Source: an uncultured Rhodospirillales bacterium (GTDB lineage: Bacteria; Pseudomonadota; Alphaproteobacteria; CACIAM-22H2). Taken from it: a DNA stretch of 63,219 nucleotides. The position numbers and the translations under genes were made by a program. Under the pieces are notes generated by a model. That model made no database searches. It was not told the origin of the DNA and saw only the letters and a list, made by a program, of their open reading frames with translations. Positions 29,747 through 37,924 of the stretch are shown piece by piece (position 1 is the first letter of the stretch; every line of letters begins with the position of its first letter). The stretch is taken from positions 1 through 63,219 of the forward strand of contig CAIOSQ010000269.1 in assembly GCA_903860935.1 (NCBI GenBank), read 5' to 3'.

Positions 29747-30531
29747 CACGCGCCCCGGAATTCAGGGCTGCGCTTCTCGAGGAACGCGCTGCATCCTTCA
29801 TGGGCATCGGCGCTGTCGAGCACGAGCCCGATCATGGCCTTTTCGTGCGCGAGCGCGGCGGACATCGGCATGTCGGCCCCGTCGCCCAGCGTGCGCTTGA
29901 GAAGCTTGAGGACCAGCGGCGAGCGCGACGCGATCTTCGCGGCAAGCGCCGCCGTCTCGGTCGCGAGCGTTTCGCGCGGCACGACGCGGTTGACCAATCC
30001 GATCGCCAGGGCCTCCTGCGCGTCGATCTGTTCGCCGACGAACATCAGCTCCTTCGCGCGGCAGAGCGGCACCTGCCGGATAAGCCGCTGGCTACCGCCG
30101 GCGCCAGGAAAGAGCCCGAGCGTGATCTCGGGAAGGCCCAACCGCGCCTGCGATGCGACGATGCGGATATCGCAGCACAAGATCAGTTCGGTGCCACCGC
30201 CAAGCGCCCATCCGTTGACGGCGGCGATCGTCGGCTTGTCGCAGGTCTCGACGCGGCGGAAGACCCTGTGGATCACCTCCGCGAACTCCTGGTAATGCGC
30301 AAGACCGCGCCGCGAGTCGAGGTCACGGATGTCGCCGCCGGCGATGAACGCGCGTTCGCCTGCGCCGGTGATCACGATCACCCGTACCGCGGGATCGGCC
30401 TCGACCTCGTTCCACGCCGCCTCCAGCGCCAGGAGTGTCGGAATGTCGAGCGCGTTGAGAACCTTCGGACGGTTGATCGTCAGGGTCGCGACGGCGCCAT
30501 CGCGCGCGATCAGGATCGTGGGCTCGCTCAT
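29746..30531 (-). CDS. enoyl-CoA hydratase/isomerase family protein, encoded between E1beta and E2
   Basis: ATG at 30531 inside ORF 29746..31374. LTINRPKVLNAL ... ITGAGERAFIAGGDI ... AAVNGWALGGGTELIL. Confidence 0.88.
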   Translation of the reverse strand: MSEPTILIARDGAVATLTINRPKVLNALDIPTLLALEAAWNEVEADPAVRVIVITGAGERAFIAGGDIRDLDSRRGLAHYQEFAEVIHRVFRRVETCDKPTIAAVNGWALGGGTELILCCDIRIVASQARLGLPEITLGLFPGAGGSQRLIRQVPLCRAKELMFVGEQIDAQEALAIGLVNRVVPRETLATETAALAAKIASRSPLVLKLLKRTLGDGADMPMSAALAHEKAMIGLVLDSADAHEGCSAFLEKRSPEFRGA

Positions 30532-30535
30532 CGCG

Positions 30536-31510
30536 CTACTCCATGAGGCGGCGACATGCCGCGACGATACGGTCCGCCCCGGGCCGGTAGGCCATCTCGA
30601 GGGATTTCGCGAAGGGAACGGGCATGAAGGGCGCTCCGACGCGCAGGATCGGCGCATCGAGATCGTCGAAGGCGACCTCCACCATCCGGGCCGCGATCTC
30701 GGCACCGACGCCGAAGGCCTCCACGGCCTCGTGCGCAACGACCAGGCGATGCGTCCGGGCGACAGATTCGCGAAGCAACGCCTCGTCCCAGGGCTGAACG
30801 CTGCGGAGGTCGACGACCTCGCAGGACATGCCCTCGGCGGCGAGACGATCGGCGGCCACCAGAGCCTCGCGAAGAAGCGCACCATAGGTCGCGATGGTCG
30901 CGTCCCGACCGGCGCGGGCGATGCGGCCCTGCCCGATCGGAACACGCACCAGCGTCTCATCGACGGTTTCCGACAGCGCGTAGAGCCCCTTGTGCTCGAC
31001 GACCACGACGGGATCGGGATCATCGATCGCGCTGCGCAGCAGGCCGTAGGCGTCCGCGGCGGTCGCCGGCACCACCACCTTGAGGCCGGGAACATGTGCG
31101 AGCCACGCCTCGAGGCATTGGGAGTGCTGCGGCCCGGCGTTGAGGCCGCCACCATGCGGCATCCGCAGCACGAGCGGCACGCCCCCGCGCCCGCCGAACA
31201 TGAAACGCGCCTTCGCCGCCTGGTTGACGATCTGATCCATCGCCAGCGTGACGAAATCCATGAACATGATCTCGACGACCGGCTTGAGCCCGCAAAGGGC
31301 GGCTCCGACCGCCGCACCCACGATCGCGGACTCGGAAATCGGGGCATCGAGCACACGCTGTGGGCCGAAGGCATCGAGAAGGCCGCGCGTCACGCCGAAG
31401 GGACCACCGGCTGCGGCGACATCCTCGCCGAACAGGACGACAGCGGGGTCGTCGCGCATCGCATCCGCGAGCGCCTGATTGATCGCCTTGGCGAAGCGCA
31501 GCTCAGCCAT
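30536..31510 (-). CDS. 2-oxoacid (acetoin/pyruvate/BCKA-type) dehydrogenase E1 beta subunit
   Basis: ATG at 31510. MAELRFAKAINQALADAMRDDPAVVLFGEDV ... DAPISESAIVGAAVGAAL ... VVEHKGLY. Confidence 0.9.
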   Translation of the reverse strand: MAELRFAKAINQALADAMRDDPAVVLFGEDVAAAGGPFGVTRGLLDAFGPQRVLDAPISESAIVGAAVGAALCGLKPVVEIMFMDFVTLAMDQIVNQAAKARFMFGGRGGVPLVLRMPHGGGLNAGPQHSQCLEAWLAHVPGLKVVVPATAADAYGLLRSAIDDPDPVVVVEHKGLYALSETVDETLVRVPIGQGRIARAGRDATIATYGALLREALVAADRLAAEGMSCEVVDLRSVQPWDEALLRESVARTHRLVVAHEAVEAFGVGAEIAARMVEVAFDDLDAPILRVGAPFMPVPFAKSLEMAYRPGADRIVAACRRLME

Positions 31511-32543
31511 AGACGTCGCCCCGCGCGAGATCGAAATCGGGATCCGGGGCGAGGCGTGCCGCCTCGACAGCCGCGTCGATCTCGGCCGTGATCTCGGCCT
31601 CGATCGTATCGAACCGCGCGCGCGCGTCGCGATCCTCGTCGACGCATAGCCGCGCGGCGAGCCGCATGATCGGATCGGCTGCCGCTGCGGCGGCACGCTC
31701 CGGCGCATCCCGGTAGCGCTGCGGGTCGCCCTCGAAATGCCCCGCCACGCGGTGGGTGGCGCAGGACACGAGACGGGGACGACGATCCTCGCGGCACGCC
31801 GCGACCAGCGGACCGACCGCTGCATGCACGGCAAGCACGTCGTCGCCATCGAGGGCCAGAAACGGCAAGCCGAATGCCTCGGCGAGTTTGGCACCGTCGC
31901 CCGCGAAGGCGCGGTCGGACGGCGAGAACTCCGACCATCCGTTGCGCTCGCACACCATGACGAGTGGCACCTGCCAGAGGGCCGCGAGGTTCATCGTCTC
32001 GTAGACCGCGCCCTCGGCCATCGCACCGTCGCCGAAGAATGCGACCGCCACGGCGCGCCGTCCCGACACCTTGTGGGCCAGCGCGCTGCCGAGCGCGATC
32101 GGGGCGCCGGCACCGACGATCCCGTTGGCGCCCAGCATGCCGCGCGCGAGATCGGCGACATGCATCGATCCGCCGCGTCCGCGACACGCGCCGCTGTCGC
32201 GGCCCATCACCTCGGCGACGAGCGCGGACACCGGAACGCCCTTCGCGAGGCAGTGCCCATGGCCACGATGCGTCGACGCCACGGTGTCGGCATCCGTGAG
32301 GCAGGCACCGAACGCGGCGGCGATCGCTTCCTGCCCGATGCTGAGATGGATGAACCCTGGCACCTCGCCATCGGCGAAGAGCCGCGCGAGCCTCTCCTCG
32401 ACGCGACGGATCCGGATCATCGAGCGCATCAGCGCCCAGGCGGTCTCTGACACCGTGGACCGCTCACCGCTGTTCCCGGGATATGCGTCGACACCATTCA
32501 CGTCGAAAACCTTATCTCGCGCGGGGACCGTGCAAAAGGACAA
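31503..32543 (-). CDS. 2-oxoacid dehydrogenase E1 alpha subunit (TPP-binding)
   Basis: HRGHGHCLAKG ... GGSMH ... FFGDGAMAEGAVYETMNLAALWQVPLVMVCERNGW (GDG..N TPP motif). The start is uncertain: 32543 is TTG, and in-frame GTGs at 32501 and about 32450 are alternatives. There is an 8-nt overlap with E1beta. Confidence 0.85.
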   Translation of the reverse strand: MSFCTVPARDKVFDVNGVDAYPGNSGERSTVSETAWALMRSMIRIRRVEERLARLFADGEVPGFIHLSIGQEAIAAAFGACLTDADTVASTHRGHGHCLAKGVPVSALVAEVMGRDSGACRGRGGSMHVADLARGMLGANGIVGAGAPIALGSALAHKVSGRRAVAVAFFGDGAMAEGAVYETMNLAALWQVPLVMVCERNGWSEFSPSDRAFAGDGAKLAEAFGLPFLALDGDDVLAVHAAVGPLVAACREDRRPRLVSCATHRVAGHFEGDPQRYRDAPERAAAAAADPIMRLAARLCVDEDRDARARFDTIEAEITAEIDAAVEAARLAPDPDFDLARGDVYG

Positions 32544-32544
32544 A

Positions 32545-32577
32545 TGAACAATGACCCAGCGCTCATATTTTTCATAT
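32545..32577. promoter_or_regulatory. AT-rich divergent control region elements: motif copy TGGGTCATTGTTCA (reverse strand, 32545-32558) and a TCATAT-TTT-TCATAT repeat (32563-32577)
   Basis: Lies in the 77-nt gap between the E1alpha ORF start and the ATG at 32621. It is unusually AT-rich for this DNA. Confidence 0.3.
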
Positions 32578-32620
32578 GCTCGCGGCGGTGCGCGCGCGTC
32601 GCGCGCGAGGAGGCTTTGCG

Positions 32621-33379
32621 ATGCTCAAACTCGCCGAACTGGCGATGCTCGGCCGTCCCGTCCGCCAGGACGACTGGGACGAGTTGGGTATCGCCACCCC
32701 GGAACGGATCATCGACGCCATCGACGGCGGTCGCCTGGACGAGGCCAAGGCTCTGGCGCGCTACATGATCGACGAGGGCAAGGCGCTCCACGATCTCATG
32801 TGCGACTGGGTCTGGGATCTGCTGACCCGGATCGCCGAGCGCTTCGGCGAGGACGCGATGTACGAGTGCCTTCGCGACAGCCAGTCCGGCTGGATGCTCC
32901 GCCGGACCTGGAAGGGCTTCCTGAAAATGCCGGTGGCGCAGCGCGTCCAGATCACGGCCGAGATCATGCGCAGCCATCGTTGCGGTCCAGGCCAGGATGG
33001 CGGGATCGATGTGATCGAGGAACCCGATCGCTTCACGATCCGCATGGATCCCTGCGGCAGCGGCGGACGCATGCGACGCGGCGACCCGGTGGACGGAACG
33101 CCGTCGCGCCTGGGACCGCCCTATCGGTTCGGATCGACCCGCGCGGCCCATGATTGGAGTTGGGGACAGAGCGGCGTTCCCTATTACTGTCTGCATTGCG
33201 CGGTGAACGAAATGCTGCCGATGGAATGGGGCGGACATCCGCTCTGGGTCACCGGCTACGACCCCGATCCGGCCAAGCCTTGCCACTGGCATTTCTACAA
33301 AACCGCCGATGCGATCCCTGAGGAGGCCTACACGCGCCTCGGCCGACGCAAGCCGCCGCCCGGTGAAGGCCTTTACTGA
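32621..33379 (+). CDS. hypothetical Cys/His/Trp-rich 252-aa protein (possible metal-binding accessory subunit)
   Basis: ATG at 32621 with GAGGAGG 8 nt upstream. High GC3 and a globular composition. Candidate ligand set C145 (MDPCGSGG), C190/C193 (YYCLHC), C221/H222/H224 (PCHWH). No family name can be assigned from memory. Confidence 0.7.
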   Translation: MLKLAELAMLGRPVRQDDWDELGIATPERIIDAIDGGRLDEAKALARYMIDEGKALHDLMCDWVWDLLTRIAERFGEDAMYECLRDSQSGWMLRRTWKGFLKMPVAQRVQITAEIMRSHRCGPGQDGGIDVIEEPDRFTIRMDPCGSGGRMRRGDPVDGTPSRLGPPYRFGSTRAAHDWSWGQSGVPYYCLHCAVNEMLPMEWGGHPLWVTGYDPDPAKPCHWHFYKTADAIPEEAYTRLGRRKPPPGEGLY

Positions 33380-33395
33380 GACTCGCCGCCGCGGT

Positions 33396-35126
33396 TCAGG
33401 CGGCACGCATCGATCGACGCAGCGCCGCCGTCGCCTCCGCATCGATCGCAAGCGGCGCTCCGGCGAGGACCACTCCGTAATCGCGGCGCGCCCCCTCGAC
33501 CGACACGAAGCGCGCACGCACGTCGCGCAGCACGGCCTCTGGATCGCGTTCGAGCGGATCGCCGTATCCGCCTGCTCCCGCAGTCTGCCAACTCACGACA
33601 TCGTTTTCCGCGAGACGGTAATTGCCCTTCGAATGAACCTCGCGACCGCCTTGCGTCGGCGACACGATCAGCGTCCGTCCGAGCGCGCCCGGGCGCCCAC
33701 CGGCGAGACCATAGGGCTGGAACAGGTGCCGATCGCCGAGATTGTAGAAGTTTCCATCCGGCGCCAGCATCCGCATGTCCTTGCGCATGCCCGATCCGCC
33801 GCGCCATTTCCCGGCCCCGGCGCTGTCGGGGATCAGTTCGACCCGCTCGACCAGGATCGGACATTTCATCTCCTGCATCTCGGCCGGCATGTTGGTGCCG
33901 TTCCAGGGCGATGCGAGCGCCTCCGCGCCATCCGCTCCGTGGCGCGCGCCGACGCCGCCGATGATCGTCTCCCAGACGATCGAGATCCGTCCGGTCTGCG
34001 CATCCTGAAACCCGATATTCGGGTTGAAGAAATGCGAATTGGCGGCGATCACCTTGTCCGGCGCCGCCTGCGCGAGCGCGCCCATGATCACTTCGTAGAT
34101 CCGGTGCGACACGGTCGCGCGCCCGCCGCACGGCGCGGGACGACGCGGATTGAAGAAGCAACCCTCGGGCGCGATGGTCCGGATCATGCGCATCGTTCCG
34201 GCGTTCTGCGGCAGCAGCGGCAGCGTCACGCTCTTTACCGCCGCGAGGGCATAGGCGTTCGTGTACGACAGGTAGGAATTCAATCCCGCCTCGCGCTGCG
34301 GGCCGCTGCCTGTCCAGTCCACGGTCACGCCGTCTTCGCCGATCGTCACCGCGACCTTGGCCAGGACCGGCGCCGTCCCGGGTCCGACATCGTCGAGTTG
34401 ATCCTCGAAGCGATACGTACCGGGCTTGAGCCGGCCGATCGCCTCGCGCATCTGCACCTCGCTCCGGTCGATCAGGTCGCGCATCGCCTGGCGAAGGACT
34501 GGTATCCCGTAGGTCCGGGCGAGGGCCTGCATCCGCGCGCCGCCAGCCTGGTTCGCGATGTACTGCGCGCGCATGTCGCCGATCACCTCGGGCATGCGCA
34601 CATTGGCCTCGATGATGCGGAATATCTCTTCGTTCGGCTCGCCTGCGCGATAGAGCATCGTCGGCAGGAACCGGATGCCCTCCTGATAATTGTCGAGGAT
34701 TCCGTCGACCACCTGCGAGCCCGCGCCCGAGCCTCCGATGTCGATCTGGTGCGCGATGTTCACCGCGAAGCCGATCAGCGTTTCGTCGAGGAAAACCGGA
34801 CACACCATGTACATGTCCGGCAGATGCCCGCTGCCGATGCCCGGATCGTTCGAGATCATCGCGTCGCCCGGGCGCAACGTGTGCGCCGGATAATAGGCGA
34901 GCATTTTCCCGACCGTGTAGGCCATCGATCCAAGATGGCCGGGGCTGTAATCGCCCTGGCTGACCATGTTGCCGTCGGCGTCGAACATCCCGGTGGAAAA
35001 GTCGGTGCCCTCGCGCACGGCGCTCGAATACGCGGTGCGCTGCAACGTGGCCCCCATCTCCGCCGAGGCGGACACGAGGCCGCCCCAGATGACAGAGAAC
35101 GTGACCGGATCGACGTGTGCGCTCAT
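33396..35126 (-). CDS. hydantoinase B / oxoprolinase family protein (HyuB-like)
   Basis: DPVTFSVIWGGLVSASAEMG..L.RTAYS..VREG.DFS ... SNDP..G.GHLPD, the typical HyuB N-terminus. 576 aa, GGAG SD. Confidence 0.9.
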   Translation of the reverse strand: MSAHVDPVTFSVIWGGLVSASAEMGATLQRTAYSSAVREGTDFSTGMFDADGNMVSQGDYSPGHLGSMAYTVGKMLAYYPAHTLRPGDAMISNDPGIGSGHLPDMYMVCPVFLDETLIGFAVNIAHQIDIGGSGAGSQVVDGILDNYQEGIRFLPTMLYRAGEPNEEIFRIIEANVRMPEVIGDMRAQYIANQAGGARMQALARTYGIPVLRQAMRDLIDRSEVQMREAIGRLKPGTYRFEDQLDDVGPGTAPVLAKVAVTIGEDGVTVDWTGSGPQREAGLNSYLSYTNAYALAAVKSVTLPLLPQNAGTMRMIRTIAPEGCFFNPRRPAPCGGRATVSHRIYEVIMGALAQAAPDKVIAANSHFFNPNIGFQDAQTGRISIVWETIIGGVGARHGADGAEALASPWNGTNMPAEMQEMKCPILVERVELIPDSAGAGKWRGGSGMRKDMRMLAPDGNFYNLGDRHLFQPYGLAGGRPGALGRTLIVSPTQGGREVHSKGNYRLAENDVVSWQTAGAGGYGDPLERDPEAVLRDVRARFVSVEGARRDYGVVLAGAPLAIDAEATAALRRSMRAA

Positions 35127-35141
35127 CTTTGCGTCTCCGCC

Positions 35142-37229
35142 TCAGCCGCCGAAATCGACGACGAGATTGCCCTTGGCATCGACCTGGGCCGCCGCTCCGG
35201 GCGGCAGGACGATGGTGGATTCCCGCTCTTCCACGATCGCCGGCCCGGTGAAGCGGGCGCCGGCCGGGAGGAGATAGCGGTCGTAGACGTCGCAGGGTTC
35301 CGCGCGGCGACGATCCCGGAAATATGCCGGGCGTCTTCCCTTGAGCGCGACACCGGCCCCGGCGCCGGTGCCGTCCGCCGGCAGGTCCGGGTGTGTGAGC
35401 CGCGGCGTCCGGATCGAGGCCGCCATCCGCCACAGCACCCCCTCGATGGGCGCCTTCGGGTCGAAGGCCCGCTCGCCATAGGTCGCCGCATAGGTCCGCA
35501 GGAAGGCCTGGCGGATCGTTTCGGCATCCTCCGCGCGATACGGCCCGGCAGGGAGTTCGACCGTCAATTCATATCCCTGACCGACGAAGCGCATGTCGCA
35601 ACTCGCGACCAGGTGGCGCTCGCCGTCCACGCCGCACGCATCGAGTTCGCGCCCGGTATCCGCCGCGAGCCCGGCGAGAAGCTCGTTGATCCGCGGCAGA
35701 TTCTCCGGCTTGAGCGCGAGAATGCTCGTGCGCGCGACGTCGAAGGCGGGGTCCGCCATCAGCAGCCCGATCGCGGTTTCGACGCCGGCACCCTTCGGGA
35801 AGACGACACGGCCACAGCCAAGCTGCCGCGCAAGTTCGGCACCATGGAGCGGCCCGGCGCCGCCGAACGGGATCAGCGCGAAATGGCGTGGGTCCCTGCC
35901 CTTGCCGATCGAGACCGCGCGCGCGGCCTGCGCCATCTGCGTGCTCACGACTTCGTAGATGCCCCAGGCGGCCTCCTCGAGCGTCATGCCCAGGGGCGTT
36001 GCGACCCGCTCCATGATGCCGGCGCGCGCCGCGTCGAGGTCGAGCGCCATCGTGCCGCCGAGGAAATAGTCGGGATTGAGATAGCCGAGGACGAGATTGG
36101 CGTCCGTCACCGTCGGCTCGCGACCACCGAGGCCGTAGCAGATCGGACCTGGCGAGGACCCCGCGCTGATCGGTCCGACCTTGATGCCACCCATCTCCGC
36201 ACGCGCGATCGAACCGCCGCCAGCGCCGATCTCGACCAGGTCGATCGCCGGGATGTTCATCGGGATGCCGCTGTTCGGCTTCAGGTTGATCATGTCCACT
36301 TCGAAGGTCTCGGTCATGCCTGGACGACCGTTCTCGATCAGGCAGACCTTCGCCGTCGTACCGCCCATGTCGAAGGAGATCAGATTGGACGTCCCCGCGG
36401 CCTCCGCGTAACGCGCCGCGGTCAGAACTCCAGCAGCAGGGCCGGACTCGATGATCCGGATCGGATGCCGGCGAACATAATCGCCGGAAGCGATGCCGCC
36501 ATTGGACTGCATGATGTAGAGCGAGCGCCTACGCCCCATCTCCGCCAGACCATCCTCGATGCGGCCGATATAGGCGCTGACCACCGGCATCACGTAGGCG
36601 TTGAGCACGGTCGTGCTCGCACGCTCGTACTCGCGGTAGACCGGCGAAACCTCCGACGAGATCGACACCAGGACCTCGGGGGCGACCTCGCGCACGATGT
36701 CGCGCGCCCGCCGTTCATGCGCCGGATTGGCATAGCTGTGCAGGAAGCAAATCCCGAGCCCCGCCGCTCCGGAGGCGCGTATGGCGAGCGCCGCGGTGCG
36801 TACCGCATCCTCGTCGAGCGGTCGGCGGACACTTCCGTCCCACATCAGACGTTCGGGCACCTCGAAGCACAACTCCCGCGGCACGATCGGCCGCGGCTTC
36901 CCGATGCTGTTGTCGTAGAGCTCGAACCGGCGTTGCCGGCCGATCAGCAGGACGTCGCGAAAACCCTCGGTCGTAAGCAGCGCGGTCGGCAACCCCTTGC
37001 GCTGGATCACCGTATTGGTCGCGATGGTCGTGGCATGGACCGCATGCGCCAAGTCCCGCGCATCGAACCCGCCCTCGGCGAGCAGCGTCCGCAGTCCGGC
37101 GAGCACCGCACGGGACGGATCGTCGGCGCTCGTCAGCACCTTTCCCAGCCGCAAGGCGCCGGTCCGGTCGTCCATCAGCGCGAAATCAGTGAATGTGCCG
37201 CCGACGTCTATGCCTACCGTCAAAGCCAT
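35142..37229 (-). CDS. hydantoinase A / oxoprolinase family protein (HyuA-like, ATP-binding)
   Basis: The ATG at 37229 gives MALTVGIDVGGTFTDFALMDD (ASKHA-fold phosphate-1 motif) ... ISFDMGGTTAKV. 695 aa. Confidence 0.9.
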   Translation of the reverse strand: MALTVGIDVGGTFTDFALMDDRTGALRLGKVLTSADDPSRAVLAGLRTLLAEGGFDARDLAHAVHATTIATNTVIQRKGLPTALLTTEGFRDVLLIGRQRRFELYDNSIGKPRPIVPRELCFEVPERLMWDGSVRRPLDEDAVRTAALAIRASGAAGLGICFLHSYANPAHERRARDIVREVAPEVLVSISSEVSPVYREYERASTTVLNAYVMPVVSAYIGRIEDGLAEMGRRRSLYIMQSNGGIASGDYVRRHPIRIIESGPAAGVLTAARYAEAAGTSNLISFDMGGTTAKVCLIENGRPGMTETFEVDMINLKPNSGIPMNIPAIDLVEIGAGGGSIARAEMGGIKVGPISAGSSPGPICYGLGGREPTVTDANLVLGYLNPDYFLGGTMALDLDAARAGIMERVATPLGMTLEEAAWGIYEVVSTQMAQAARAVSIGKGRDPRHFALIPFGGAGPLHGAELARQLGCGRVVFPKGAGVETAIGLLMADPAFDVARTSILALKPENLPRINELLAGLAADTGRELDACGVDGERHLVASCDMRFVGQGYELTVELPAGPYRAEDAETIRQAFLRTYAATYGERAFDPKAPIEGVLWRMAASIRTPRLTHPDLPADGTGAGAGVALKGRRPAYFRDRRRAEPCDVYDRYLLPAGARFTGPAIVEERESTIVLPPGAAAQVDAKGNLVVDFGG

Positions 37230-37311
37230 GGCCGCTCCCCTGCACCGCCCGCAACGCCGAACGCACGGCGAGACTGGCAGAGCGCACCGGCGATCGCAAG
37301 AACATGACGAG

Positions 37312-37368
37312 TGGTTCACGGTTCATATTCTTCCGTCGCCGAACCTATGATGATTGACTCACGATTCA
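37312..37368. promoter_or_regulatory. two copies of a 14-nt tandem-heptad motif in the hyuA / TRAP divergent region
   Basis: TGGTTCACGGTTCA (37312-37325) and TGACTCACGATTCA (37355-37368), 11/14 identical to each other. They sit in a locally AT-richer 199-nt intergenic region. Confidence 0.35.
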
Positions 37369-37428
37369 CATCGCAGTCACACTCGTGCCGTTTCCGCGTC
37401 TGCCCGACAGGAGAGCGACAGGCATCCC

Positions 37429-37917
37429 ATGGACCTCGGACCGACGCCCGAGCGCCCCGACAATCCGATCGGCCGCGCCTTCTACTATCTCGCCGCGTTG
37501 TCGATGATCGCGCTCGCGGCGGTCATCATCTACATCATCATCGCGCGCTATTTCTTCAATGCGCCGCCCCTGTGGGGCGAGGACGTGCCGCGGGTCGTCT
37601 TCATCTGGGGCGTCTTTCTCGCGGCGCCCCTCGCGATCGCGATGAATCTCAATCTACGCGTCACGCTGCTCCTGGATCGCGTGCCCGACCGGCAGCGCCG
37701 TTATGCCGAGGCGTTCATGCATCTTCTCGTGCTTGCGATGCTCGCGGTGGTCTTCTGGCACAGCTTGCCCCTGGTCGAACTCGGCTTCACCGGTCGCATG
37801 CTGACCACGGGCTGGAGCAACGCGGTTCTGCGCATGCCGATCGCCGTCGGCGCGGCGCTGATGTTCGTGGCCCAGCTGGTGCAGCTGCGGAAATCCCTCA
37901 AGGGCATCAGGTACTGA
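37429..37917 (+). CDS. TRAP transporter small permease (DctQ-like)
   Basis: The ATG at 37429 after AGGAGAG gives a 162-aa, 4-TM-like protein (YIIIARYFFNAPPLWGEDV..). Lies directly upstream of the large permease. Confidence 0.8.
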   Translation: MDLGPTPERPDNPIGRAFYYLAALSMIALAAVIIYIIIARYFFNAPPLWGEDVPRVVFIWGVFLAAPLAIAMNLNLRVTLLLDRVPDRQRRYAEAFMHLLVLAMLAVVFWHSLPLVELGFTGRMLTTGWSNAVLRMPIAVGAALMFVAQLVQLRKSLKGIRY

Positions 37918-37924
37918 ACCCGCC

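Noticed and set aside
33392-33398. Another CGGTTCA heptad between the Cys-rich gene and hyuB
   Set aside because: A single 7-mer is expected several times by chance in 63 kb, and this one overlaps the hyuB stop codon.
33309-37307. 1332-aa ORF on the plus strand
   Set aside because: It is antisense to the clearly recognisable hyuB and hyuA genes, with R/D/H/G-rich composition and no motifs. Shadow ORF.
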